Below are positions 55,363 through 64,000 of a stretch of 64,000 nt of DNA, one piece after another. Source of the DNA: an archaeon (lineage in GTDB: Archaea > Aenigmatarchaeota > Aenigmatarchaeia > Aenigmatarchaeales > JACQIB01); contig DATDSO010000004.1 in assembly GCA_035291225.1 (NCBI GenBank), positions 331,130 to 395,129 on the forward strand. The letters run 5' to 3'. The position numbers and the translations under genes were made by a program. Position 1 is the first letter of the stretch; every line of letters begins with the position of its first letter. Below the pieces are notes generated by a model that was not told where the DNA came from, did not search any database, and saw only the letters and a list, made by a program, of their open reading frames with translations.

Positions 55363-55646
55363 ATTATCTCAAGAACAGGTCCCCTACCGGCACGACGCGC
55401 CTCACTACTAAATTTATAATACTCCAAGCCTCTATAAATTACCTTATCAGCTCCGGACAAGAAAAGCGCATTATCGTCCCTCCGAAGATTAGGTTGAACA
55501 ATGTATTTTAAAAAGAGGATATTAGCATTCCCACTGCCGAACAAATATTTTAGGACTCTGACCTCCTCTGGAGTTTTTCTCATTTAAATCATTACTAATA
55601 GAAACTAAAAGCATTTAAAGCTATCTGCCGGCGCAGAAATCCGTGT

Positions 55647-55681
55647 TTCTAAAATTAGAAAATGAAATTCTAATTTTAGAA
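55647..55681. terminator. Perfect 14 bp inverted repeat downstream of psmB (terminator or binding site)
   Basis: ttctaaaattagaa (55647-55660) and its reverse complement ttctaattttagaa (55668-55681), 7 nt spacer. Confidence 0.4.
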
Positions 55682-55703
55682 AAAGGAAAAGGTTGGATAA
55701 AAT

Positions 55704-56333
55704 TTATTTCAAATACTGCTTAATCTCATTCTCTGAAAGTTCCCTGTATCCATTCTTGTCAATAACAGCAATTGTAAACCCGCGGCCGCCCGAGCCAATA
55801 TCCCTTTCAATCGCAGATTTCAGCGCGCGCAGCGCAAGGGCGATTGCTTCATCAACTGGCATGTTCTCGCGAAAGCCTGCTTCCAAAACTCCGTAAGCAT
55901 AGGGAGAGCCTGAGCCTGTTGAGAAAAATTTATCCTCATTTGAGCTTCCGCCCGCCAAGTCAATTGAGTAAACCTGCGGGCCGACTGAATCATACCCGCC
56001 CAAAATAAATTGGTTGAAGAACGGCATCCATTTTGAGCCCTGCAAAATATTCATCATCAGAGTTGCAGCTGCTTTAACAGTTATTGCCCCGCGGTCCAAT
56101 CTGTAAAGCTTGAACTGCGCTCTCAATAATCGCACCATTGCCTGCGCGTCCCCGACCGAGCCTGCGATTGTTAATCCAAGATGGTCATCAAGCGGGTGCA
56201 CTTTTCTCGCGAGCTTGCTCTCAATCAAATAGCCCATTGTCGCTTTTTTCTCTGCAGCAAGCACAACCGCGTCCCTCGCGGAAATTCCCATTGTAGTTGT
56301 TCCTGTTTTCAGAGTTTGCATTTCTGTTTGCAT
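55704..56333 (-). CDS. psmB: Proteasome beta subunit (with propeptide)
   Basis: Propeptide ending LKTG followed by TTTMGI (catalytic Thr1 after processing). Confidence 0.9.
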   Translation of the reverse strand: MQTEMQTLKTGTTTMGISARDAVVLAAEKKATMGYLIESKLARKVHPLDDHLGLTIAGSVGDAQAMVRLLRAQFKLYRLDRGAITVKAAATLMMNILQGSKWMPFFNQFILGGYDSVGPQVYSIDLAGGSSNEDKFFSTGSGSPYAYGVLEAGFRENMPVDEAIALALRALKSAIERDIGSGGRGFTIAVIDKNGYRELSENEIKQYLK

Positions 56334-56420
56334 AAAATTTTCACCAAGAACTCAAAATTATTTTCTGAAATTAAATTGTCGGTGGGATTTATAAAGGTTT
56401 TGAATTTGTAGAAAGTTATT

Positions 56421-57128
56421 TTAGCCTATTTCACAATCACCAAAAACCCAAACGCGTCCCTTTAAGATATCTGATGCGTAATCTAGCATTTGTAGACTTT
56501 TTTGATTTTCAAGAAGTCCTTCTGGCATCTCCACAGTATCTCTGACGCTCAGTGGGATGCTTACTGAACCAGGAACAATTTCAGGCGGAGTGGGAAACAC
56601 ATCTATTTTTGCTGAATATCCATTGCATATGCTTCCGTCTGCGGGTTTAATATGAAGATACCAACCCGAGGGTTCATCTCCCAGCTCATCCAGTATATCA
56701 GGAGCAGTATCAATTTGAGATGGCGGGGCAACATCTATTGGATTCTGTTGAGGTTCTGGTACAGGAACTTCTACGTGTGTTATAGGTGGTTCACGTGATA
56801 CATCTTCTGTATCAACACCACATACTTGTGAGGCATTATTTACAGGAACAACATTTTCTCCGCTGCCTAAAAATTGACCCAAAAAAGGAATATCGCCAAT
56901 ATCGTAATGTAGAGTTCCCAAAACATAACCTGCTACTCTTGGTACAACATAAAAAGATCCTAAGAATGCGCCTATCATTAAGGCAGTTGCTCCGCGCGGA
57001 TGTCTGGATGCCCAACCATAAAATCCTGTTGTTTCATAGTGGTGGTCGGGTGCTTCTCTTTCATCATAAGCATCGCCGCCTCTTCCTTTTATTATTCTTA
57101 ACTTTCTAACTTTTTCAGCCATATTCAA
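56421..57128 (-). CDS. Hypothetical membrane-anchored protein (235 aa)
   Basis: One hydrophobic helix near residue 50-70, Pro/Asp-rich extracellular region; no motif. Confidence 0.4.
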   Translation of the reverse strand: MNMAEKVRKLRIIKGRGGDAYDEREAPDHHYETTGFYGWASRHPRGATALMIGAFLGSFYVVPRVAGYVLGTLHYDIGDIPFLGQFLGSGENVVPVNNASQVCGVDTEDVSREPPITHVEVPVPEPQQNPIDVAPPSQIDTAPDILDELGDEPSGWYLHIKPADGSICNGYSAKIDVFPTPPEIVPGSVSIPLSVRDTVEMPEGLLENQKSLQMLDYASDILKGRVWVFGDCEIG

Positions 57129-57236
57129 CCTATAAAATGATAGACTTATAGATATTTAAAGGTTTGTTTTTTAGCCATTTAGAAATAGTTCTAATATCTT
57201 CTCCCAAACCACAAAAACATTTTCGCGCCCGTCACT

Positions 57237-57641
57237 TCAAAAGTTTTTCATAACCTCGCTTTTTGCAAAATCAAAAATCCTCTCGCCATGCTTCACAGCG
57301 CTTTCAGCATCTCCGCGGCTCAGCAGACGGTTCCCATACTCTGCGTCGGATTTTATTTGCAGAAGCGCGGACAAATGTTTCACTGCGTTCTTTATGTCAT
57401 TGCTGTTAGGGTCAATGCTGTTCAGCAGCGCGAGCGCGTCTGTGTGATTTTCGCTTGCGTTCCTTAAACCTTTTTTCCATATACAAAGCGCATCCGCAGA
57501 GGAAATCGCGCAGTGTATAGCGCTTATCACGCAGCCGTTCCACTCCTCCGCCTCGAGCGAGCGGCTCATTGAGTTCTTGCACTCTTCCGCGCGCTTTAGA
57601 TAATCTTTTGCGTAATGCCTGTCGAGGTTTCGGGTTTTCAT
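57237..57641 (-). CDS. HEPN-domain protein (putative toxin of HEPN/MNT pair 2)
   Basis: 134 aa all-alpha protein with archaeal HEPN-like blocks (WNGCVISAIHCAISSADAL, NAVKHLSALL...AEYG); overlaps MNT gene by 4 nt. Confidence 0.6.
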   Translation of the reverse strand: MKTRNLDRHYAKDYLKRAEECKNSMSRSLEAEEWNGCVISAIHCAISSADALCIWKKGLRNASENHTDALALLNSIDPNSNDIKNAVKHLSALLQIKSDAEYGNRLLSRGDAESAVKHGERIFDFAKSEVMKNF

Positions 57642-58228
57642 CTTTCTATCACTGCAATGCCTTTTTTAATTTCCTCTAAAAGTTTTTTATTTTTGAATTT
57701 CGAATATTCTTTTTCTGTCATTACAATAGGAGAAAGTTTATTGCCATATTTTTGCAGGCAAAAGTCGCTGAACTTTTCTAAAGAGGCGCCGACCTTTCTC
57801 TTTTCTTTATCTCTATTGATCAGAATAAATAAGTCTATGTCGCTTGTTGGCCTTTCTTTCCCATCGGGAATAGAGCCGAAAATAATAGTTTTTTTCACGC
57901 CCGCAACACGGCCAAGAAATAACGCTATATCTTTTTTCAACTCATTTAGAGGTGAAGATTTTATTTTCATAGAAAAGTTTTGCAAAAAGCTGTAGGCATA
58001 ACTTCTTTTATTCAGCTTCCATATTGTAGAATTTCCAACTCTGGACGGGTTTATTAAATTAAGTTCGTGGAGTGATTTTAGAACTTTATTTACAGAGTCT
58101 GGAGAAACCCCTGTAATTGAGGCTATTTCCCTTTCGCTTGTTGTAGACTCTTCCGCAAGCAAGTATTTTACAAGTTTTAGCTTAGCCCACGATCCTATAA
58201 GATTCTCCGCAAATTCTTTGAATATCAT
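57638..58228 (-). CDS. Minimal nucleotidyltransferase with N-terminal wHTH (putative antitoxin of pair 2)
   Basis: GSIPDGKERPTSDIDLFIL nucleotidyltransferase motif; N-terminal wHTH (SEREIASITGVSPDSVNKVLKSLHELNLI). Confidence 0.65.
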   Translation of the reverse strand: MIFKEFAENLIGSWAKLKLVKYLLAEESTTSEREIASITGVSPDSVNKVLKSLHELNLINPSRVGNSTIWKLNKRSYAYSFLQNFSMKIKSSPLNELKKDIALFLGRVAGVKKTIIFGSIPDGKERPTSDIDLFILINRDKEKRKVGASLEKFSDFCLQKYGNKLSPIVMTEKEYSKFKNKKLLEEIKKGIAVIER

Positions 58229-58243
58229 GAAATATAGTAGCAT

Positions 58244-58282
58244 TCGTCATTTAAATATGACATTTGTCATATTTTTATGACA
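58244..58282. promoter_or_regulatory. Putative operator/promoter of HEPN/MNT pair 2
   Basis: Immediately upstream of MNT start: cgtcatttaaatatgacatttgtcatatttttatgacatc with repeated GTCAT / ATGAC half-sites in inverted orientation. Confidence 0.4.
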
Positions 58283-59710
58283 TCAATAGCTCTTCGCAAA
58301 CATCACAACTTGCTTTGCGTCCTTCCCGCATTTCACGCATTTGGAAAATACTTTCTCGTTCTCCAAAGGTATGCAGGAAATTTTCGCGCCAGTTTCCTCT
58401 TTCACCTTATCTTCACATTCTCTTGAGCCGCACCAGCAGGCTTTCACGCGGTTGCCTTCAATATTTTTTTTCAGCTCATCATAAGTCTTTGCTGTTTTCG
58501 TTTTTTCAGCGGAAAATTTCTCAGCCTTTTCATAAAGATTTTTGTGGATATCCTTCAATAATTTTGAAATCTCTTTTTTCAATTCTGTTATTTTCACATT
58601 TTCTTTTTTTAGTTCATCTCTTCTGACAACAACAGCCTGTTTTTTCTCAATATCTTTCGGGCCAATCTCAACTCTAACAGGAACCCCTTTTAACTCCCAT
58701 TCATTGAACTTGAATCCGGGAGTGTAATTATCCCTATCATCCAAATGAACTCTGAAACTCTCCAAATCTTTTTTAATAGCTTCTGCGGCTTTCAAAACAT
58801 CTTTTTTGTTTTTCTCCTGGTAAATTGGAATAATAACAATTTGTATGGGAGCAATATTCGGCGGCAGAACCAAGCCTTTGTCATCTCCATGGTTCGCTAT
58901 CATCACTCCAATCATTCTTGTTGTTATTGCCCAGGTATTTTGGAAAGCGAATTTTATTTTTTCATCCTTATCCAAAAATTTTATGTCAAAAGCTTTTGCG
59001 AAATTCTGGCCGTCAAAATGCGCATCTGGCCCCTGAATTACTTTTCCATCAGGCATCATGAATTCAATTGTTTTTGTGTAAACAGCTCCGGCGAATTTTT
59101 CCTTGTCTGTTTTTTTTCCTTTTGTCCCTGGCAGTGCCAAAAATTCTCTGCAGAACCAGTCATACATTTCTAAAATATCCACGCATTCTTTTTCAGCTTC
59201 ATCTTGTGTTGCAAAAACCGTGTGCCCCTCATTCCACAAAAATTCCCTTGTTCTCAAAAAAGGTTTTGCGTGCTTGAACTCCCATCTCAAAACATTGTTC
59301 CACTGGTTTAATCTCATAGGCAAATCTCTCCAGCTTCTTATCCATTTGGAATAAGAATCATACATTATTGTTTCAGAAGTTGGCCTGATAGCAAGGCGCT
59401 CGCCAAGTTTTGTTTCTCCAGAATGTGTAACCCACGCAACTTCTGGAGTGAATCCTTCAAAGTGCGTTGCCTCTTTCATTAGCAAGCGTTCAGGAATCAA
59501 AAGAGGGAAGTAGGCATTTTTTATTCCCATTTCCTTGAATTTTCCATCAACAACTTTTTGAATCATTTCCCAAATTGCGTAAGCATACGGCTTGATTATT
59601 GTAAAGCCATCTACGCAAGCGTAATCGGCCAAGTCAGCTTTCTGCACCAACTCCAAGTACCATTCATTAAAATTTTCTTTTTTTGCTGTCATTCCAAGTT
59701 GTTCGCTCAT
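58283..59710 (-). CDS. proS: Prolyl-tRNA synthetase (archaeal/eukaryotic type)
   Basis: Class II aaRS motifs and C-terminal Cys-containing zinc-binding domain; 475 aa. Confidence 0.9.
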   Translation of the reverse strand: MSEQLGMTAKKENFNEWYLELVQKADLADYACVDGFTIIKPYAYAIWEMIQKVVDGKFKEMGIKNAYFPLLIPERLLMKEATHFEGFTPEVAWVTHSGETKLGERLAIRPTSETIMYDSYSKWIRSWRDLPMRLNQWNNVLRWEFKHAKPFLRTREFLWNEGHTVFATQDEAEKECVDILEMYDWFCREFLALPGTKGKKTDKEKFAGAVYTKTIEFMMPDGKVIQGPDAHFDGQNFAKAFDIKFLDKDEKIKFAFQNTWAITTRMIGVMIANHGDDKGLVLPPNIAPIQIVIIPIYQEKNKKDVLKAAEAIKKDLESFRVHLDDRDNYTPGFKFNEWELKGVPVRVEIGPKDIEKKQAVVVRRDELKKENVKITELKKEISKLLKDIHKNLYEKAEKFSAEKTKTAKTYDELKKNIEGNRVKACWCGSRECEDKVKEETGAKISCIPLENEKVFSKCVKCGKDAKQVVMFAKSY

Positions 59711-59754
59711 TTCATTACACCTCTATTTTTCAATTGTTTTCTTTGTTTAAATGT

Positions 59755-60093
59755 TTAATACAATCTTTTTCCAACTTCAACTTCCTTCTCAGGAATTGCA
59801 ATGACAATCCCGTCCTTCCCATCAAACCCAACTGTAAGCACTTCTGACTTGAACGGCCCAATCTGCTTTGCAGGAAAATTTACAACTCCTACAACAAGCT
59901 TCCCAAACAAATCTTCCTTCTTATAATATTTGCAAATCTGCGCGCTGGATTTTTTTATTCCAATTTCTTTTCCGAAATCTATTATAAGTTTGTACGCGGG
60001 CTTTTTCGCTTCAGGAAAATCTTCCACTGCTATAACCCTGCCTACGCGGATGTCGACTTTCCTGAAATCTTCGTATGAGATTTGTGTTGTCAT
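59755..60093 (-). CDS. tRNA-binding protein (Trbp111/CsaA-like OB-fold)
   Basis: DFRKVDIRVGRV...KLIIDFGKEIG...VVGVVNFPAKQIGPFKSE pattern. Confidence 0.8.
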   Translation of the reverse strand: MTTQISYEDFRKVDIRVGRVIAVEDFPEAKKPAYKLIIDFGKEIGIKKSSAQICKYYKKEDLFGKLVVGVVNFPAKQIGPFKSEVLTVGFDGKDGIVIAIPEKEVEVGKRLY

Positions 60094-60926
60094 GCTTTCA
60101 CTTTTTCTTTTGCTTTTTCTCTTAGCTGCTTGCCATGGTCAATCGCGTGCTTGTAGCAACGCGCCACAGCCTCTTCCGCTGCTTTTTCAAATTCATTCCA
60201 GCCAGCTTCTGTCATGCCACCCCTGCTTGCAACTCTTTTGTAAAATTCCCCCCTCTGCATGCCCTCCGCAGATAGCGCATATCCATCAAGCACTTTTCTG
60301 GAAATTAATTTCGCCTCTGATTTATTAAAGCCGGACGATTCCGTTGCATTTTCCAGAGCTCTTAGCAAATTATCTTCTGTTGCAAAAACCTCTTTCAAAT
60401 TATCTACCCAGCCTATTGCGCACGCATATGCTGCCGTAAACGCATCAAATTTATTTTCATCAAGCTCTATCACATCTCCACCCAAGGAAAGATATTCTTC
60501 CATCAAACTTCTTTCTTCACCATTCAAATTTTTATTATAAGATATTGCTGTTATAGCTTTGCCTTCCGAAAATGCGAGGCTTGTCATCGCCCTTGATATT
60601 TTATTTCTGCTTCCAAATATTTTTTCCAAATCTTCCAGCCAAACTCCTGCAATAAAAGAGACGCCAAGTTTTCCGTTTGACACCCCAGCAGTTTCTGATG
60701 CTACATCTCTGAGATTCGCCTGCTTTACACAAATGTTGAATATGTCAGCCGCTCCGACAACTTCCGCATTTGTTCTTATTCTTATTCCTTCAGCATTTCC
60801 ATACTGCAAAGTCTTTCTGCTTGCATACCTGTTTTGAAATCCGCAGTATCTAAGTCTTGAATCTATTGCGCGTCCAAGAGAGCCGTACCCTAAAATTCCT
60901 ATTGTTAAATCCTTTCGGAAGGCCAC
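60090..60926 (-). CDS. proC: Pyrroline-5-carboxylate reductase-like protein (GTG start)
   Basis: N-terminal Rossmann IGILGYGSLGRAI and C-terminal SRGGMTEAG (cf. SPGGTT); overlaps Trbp gene by 4 nt. Confidence 0.65.
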   Translation of the reverse strand: MAFRKDLTIGILGYGSLGRAIDSRLRYCGFQNRYASRKTLQYGNAEGIRIRTNAEVVGAADIFNICVKQANLRDVASETAGVSNGKLGVSFIAGVWLEDLEKIFGSRNKISRAMTSLAFSEGKAITAISYNKNLNGEERSLMEEYLSLGGDVIELDENKFDAFTAAYACAIGWVDNLKEVFATEDNLLRALENATESSGFNKSEAKLISRKVLDGYALSAEGMQRGEFYKRVASRGGMTEAGWNEFEKAAEEAVARCYKHAIDHGKQLREKAKEKVKA

Positions 60927-60944
60927 CTCCGCGTTTTATTTTTT

Positions 60945-61297
60945 CATACATACAATTTACCTCCTTTTGTTTTTTGGCTTGAGTCCAATGTTTTGAAAAT
61001 AAATTTTCCAAATTCTGTCAGCTGCGCGGCAGAAGAATTCCCAAAAGAAATCATTTTGAGCTCGCGCAAAATCTTTGCGTTCAGCTTCAAAGTTGAAATA
61101 GAAATTTTTTCTTTTTTATAAATTTCATTGACAAGCTTAGAAATTGTATGGCTTCTGTTCTTTGATACTTCATTCAGAATTAAAATTTGATTTTTATTGA
61201 GAGCTCTAACTAAAAGAAGTTTCAGTTCCTCTGTATGAGCAAGTCCTTGCGCCTTGCTTTGATTGGTTGGTAGGTCATCACTCTCACCAATAAATAA
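60945..61297 (-). pseudogene. Winged-helix-like ORF lacking an in-frame start (possible frameshifted gene or non-canonical start)
   Basis: Minus-strand frame encodes ...LVRALNKNQILILNEVSKNRSHTISKLVNEIYKKEK...; an upstream ATG/GTG lies in a different frame with a stop after 20 codons. Confidence 0.25.
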
Positions 61298-61804
61298 TTA
61301 TACAGAGGTGGTATATAAAGCAGGTGGTTAGATGCACATGACCAAAAAACTTTTCCTATGAAAAATCGCTTGTTGCCGAAAAGGCGAAATCTTTTTAAAG
61401 CTTTCGGTTGGCTAAAATCTTTTTATAGCTCAAGTTCCTATTTCTAAAAAGATTTTTATGCCAGCAGGAACGGAGCAAGAGAGAAAGCCCACACAAAAAA
61501 GAAAAGGCCCAGAGTACGATAAAGCCGGAGGTCCACCAGCTCCGGGTGTAACATTTGATGCAGGAAAAGTTTTCGGTCCAGAAGCGGCGAAAAGTGAGGA
61601 TTTTGATTTGTATGCTGACAGAGACTCCGCAACCTACCGCGCGCGCCATGGGCAGGGCGGAGACAGAAGCAGAATTTACGGAACAGCTTAATTTTATATA
61701 ATTTATTTCCTCAGAAATTTTGCGATACAATCTTTTACATCTTATGCGTAATTAGAAAAATGCAAGCTTAAATAGTTTTGTTTCCTATTACAGAATAGAT
61801 TTTT

Positions 61805-62842
61805 ATGGTCTTTGAAGCGGAAAGGGCTCCCAGGCTAAGAGGTATGTTAAGCTTAGATGGCGCGGCGTACACACAATTTGGAGATGGAATGAAAATAGTA
61901 ACTGAAGGAGAAGCAAACATAGTTGCAATCTATTTGCTCATATGCAAAGAGAGAGGTGACACCCCAGATAAGAAAAAGTTGGAAGGCATGGGAAGAGAGG
62001 TTGGAATGAAAAAAGTTGTTTTGCAGAATGGCCTTGTATATCTCCAGCCTCTTGGAGACGGCGGAAAACCATATATTCCAGGGTCATGCACGGCATGCAG
62101 CAAATCTCACACAGAAGAAGCTAGATTGGTGTTTGGTAATAACATTGTTGGGGATGGCTTGGATCTTGGAGATGGCTTAGGATTCCAACATTTCGGCATT
62201 TCTGGAAAAGGCAGAAGGCGGATTGGAAGCCTTATCGAAAAGAATTTCAAATCAGATGATACAGAAGTTGATGTTGATTATCTCTTGGTTCCTCCGGAAG
62301 ATGGATACGGAGGGTTCTTGGATTTCACTTACAGTTATAAAATAATGAAAAATTCGAGACCAGGAATTTTAGGAAAAGCAGAAATTTTGCCTGGGGTTTC
62401 GATGGTTCTTGTAAATCCTGGAGGCAGGGCTCCCAGATATGTTGTTGATGTTAATGTAAAAACTGCAGACAGTGAAAAAGGTTCAGATTGCGAAACAGAA
62501 GTATTTGTGGCGCATATAGATGGCCCGCAAAATGCAGAAGTTATGAAATTCTTTTTTGATCCTAATGGAAAAATGAGAAAAGTGGAATCTCTAAGCAAAG
62601 GAGAAATTGGAGGTGGATTTTCCGGCAGGAGGGTTGCAGAAGTAGTAAAAAGAGGGGAAGGCTCTCCTCTTGAATACAGCGCAGCAACGGAGGAAGCGGG
62701 CGTTCTTTCAGAAGCTGTCTTCGGTAAAGATGTTACCGGTATGGTTCACTATACTGCTGAAACCTTGAAAGTATTAGTAAGGTCTGCCCGCACAGAAGAT
62801 AAAACAGACCCTTTAAGGCAAATGGTTTTTTCTGAAGCGTAA
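61805..62842 (+). CDS. Hypothetical Gly-rich protein (345 aa)
   Basis: Intact long ORF; composition atypical for neighbours; no motif. Confidence 0.45.
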   Translation: MVFEAERAPRLRGMLSLDGAAYTQFGDGMKIVTEGEANIVAIYLLICKERGDTPDKKKLEGMGREVGMKKVVLQNGLVYLQPLGDGGKPYIPGSCTACSKSHTEEARLVFGNNIVGDGLDLGDGLGFQHFGISGKGRRRIGSLIEKNFKSDDTEVDVDYLLVPPEDGYGGFLDFTYSYKIMKNSRPGILGKAEILPGVSMVLVNPGGRAPRYVVDVNVKTADSEKGSDCETEVFVAHIDGPQNAEVMKFFFDPNGKMRKVESLSKGEIGGGFSGRRVAEVVKRGEGSPLEYSAATEEAGVLSEAVFGKDVTGMVHYTAETLKVLVRSARTEDKTDPLRQMVFSEA

Positions 62843-62845
62843 TTT

Positions 62846-63184
62846 TTATTTCCTCAGAAATTCTTTTGCTTTTCTGTAAAGCCCCAAATCAAACCCGTCT
62901 AAATTCTGCACAACTTCCCCGCGCGCCTCAAATCCATTTGTGAGCGGAAGCACGCGCGTGATTACGCGCACAAGCTGGCCCTCGCGCAAATTCACCAACT
63001 GCTGCTGGTCATCAAAGAAAATTTCCAATTTTCCCGAGCCGTCATCAATTATCATCTCTCCCTCGCTGAGCGCGAGTATTGTTCCAAGAATCCGCACGCG
63101 AATGTCCTCGGGCTTTATTTCTTTTATTGTTTTTTCAGCGGCAGCAATTCTTCTTTGGGGCCGCTCGCCGTTGGGAGTTGGCAT
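62846..63184 (-). CDS. Hypothetical small protein, possibly OB-fold (112 aa)
   Basis: Intact ORF preceded by GC-rich repeat copy 4; beta-rich sequence pattern. Confidence 0.35.
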   Translation of the reverse strand: MPTPNGERPQRRIAAAEKTIKEIKPEDIRVRILGTILALSEGEMIIDDGSGKLEIFFDDQQQLVNLREGQLVRVITRVLPLTNGFEARGEVVQNLDGFDLGLYRKAKEFLRK

Positions 63185-63225
63185 GAGAATTAATTGTTGT
63201 GAAAGAATAAAAAGGTTTTTGTACA

Positions 63226-63280
63226 GGCTCGCATCCAGAGCTCAGCGCGAGGTAAACCTGCGCGCTTCGCTATTGATGTG
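63226..63280. repeat. GC-rich intergenic repeat, copy 4 (42-96 nt upstream of the 62846-63184 gene)
   Basis: ggctcgcatccagagctcagcgcgaggtaaacctgcgcgcttcgctattgatgtg; shares both end motifs with copy 3. Confidence 0.55.
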
Positions 63281-63355
63281 TGGAAAGAAAAAAACAAAGA
63301 CTGAGATATTTTGGCGCAAAATTATTTTTGCAATACATATTGATATTCAAGTTCT

Positions 63356-64000
63356 TCATTTCAAAACTTCCCCAACCTCATCCGCGCCAATCAGCGGTTT
63401 AGAAAAATTCGCTCGGTCCTCCACTGCTATGCGAGGGCAGGCCGTGTTAATCCAGCAGTCAACTTCTAATCCCATTAATTTTGCCTCTGAGATTTCATCC
63501 AGTACAATTATGAACGCCTCCTTCCCAGCAGCTGTTAATTTTTTCTTTATTGCTTCCGCAAATTGGAGCGCGAGCTGGCCCTTTTTTGGAGAAATCAGAA
63601 TCCCAAATTTTTTTGCGTGTCGCGCGAGACCGATTGCCGCAAATTTTTGCTTCAAAAACTTTTGCTTTATCGGCTCCAAATCAAAAAATTTTCCCTGTGT
63701 TAAATCAATCGCAAACACGGGCTTGTTTTGCTTCATGTCCGCGCCCAGCGGGTGAAATTTTCCCGAGCCCACAAAAAGAAAGCAGTCAACAGAATTGTAA
63801 ATATTGCTTGCAGCCCCAACATCGCAGCCCAAAGTTTGCCCGCCGTGCATAATTTTCTGTGGGTCTGTGCTGGCAGAAATAAAAACTTTTTTCCCGCGGG
63901 CTTCTAAAAGTTTTTTTAGCGGCTCCAAATAGTCCAAATACTGCGCGCTTGTGAGCAGTCCGAAATTTTGGAATTTTTCAATTTTCTCCCAGCCTAATTC
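63356..64000 (-). CDS. dph2: Diphthamide synthesis protein Dph2-like radical-SAM enzyme; N-terminus lies beyond the window end
   Basis: C-terminal VDCWINTACPRIA block typical of Dph2; ORF open to the window edge. Confidence 0.7.
   Translation of the reverse strand, partial: ELGWEKIEKFQNFGLLTSAQYLDYLEPLKKLLEARGKKVFISASTDPQKIMHGGQTLGCDVGAASNIYNSVDCFLFVGSGKFHPLGADMKQNKPVFAIDLTQGKFFDLEPIKQKFLKQKFAAIGLARHAKKFGILISPKKGQLALQFAEAIKKKLTAAGKEAFIIVLDEISEAKLMGLEVDCWINTACPRIAVEDRANFSKPLIGADEVGEVLK

Noticed and set aside
61395-61730. Overlapping ORFs 61458-61691 (+, 77 aa) and 61395-61730 (-, 111 aa)
   Set aside because: Neither has a recognisable motif; the minus ORF is Ser/Cys/Trp-rich. The plus ORF may be real but is too weak to annotate.
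1-64000. CRISPR arrays, rRNA genes, transposases or integrases
   Set aside because: No regularly spaced direct repeats with unique spacers, no rRNA-like conserved blocks, and no recombinase-like ORFs were seen.

Overview
This 64 kb window reads as a densely packed, AT-rich archaeal chromosome segment, probably from a small-genome (DPANN-like) archaeon. All calls rest on reading the six-frame translations and the DNA by eye; no database search or folding program was run, so family names are motif-recall assignments. Most of the window is core information processing and sugar-nucleotide metabolism: uS9, RpoN, a compact SMC with ScpA/ScpB, RNase P proteins Pop5/Rpp30, eL15, ABCE1, aIF5B, proteasome alpha and beta, aCPSF1, Hel308, a split Hef, ProRS, TrmI, a partial Dph2, a heptose pair (GmhA/HddA-like) and an eight-gene array running GlmS-HAD-NTase-GlmM-GlmU-like into succinyl-CoA-synthetase-like and citrate-synthase-like genes. 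The strongest candidates for something new are: (1) a 596 aa protein fusing a GHKL (Bergerat-fold) ATPase to a C-terminal HExxH zincin-like module, flanked by MazG-like and NUDIX hydrolases; (2) three tRNA genes (Pro, Ala, Ile) that each carry an intron in the T-loop at or near 59/60 plus a second intron or insertion, missed by the ORF track; (3) a three-gene citryl-CoA/ATP-citrate-lyase-like module fused to the UDP-GlcNAc array; (4) a family of GC-rich intergenic repeats; (5) an unresolved GC-rich, possibly structured, locus at 25.2-25.5 kb. Two HEPN/MNT toxin-antitoxin-like pairs with palindromic upstream sites, an orphan RnfD/NqrB-like membrane protein beside a cupredoxin-like lipoprotein, and a P-loop ATPase/LmbE/regulator trio are also noted. 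No CRISPR array, rRNA, transposase or integrase was seen.
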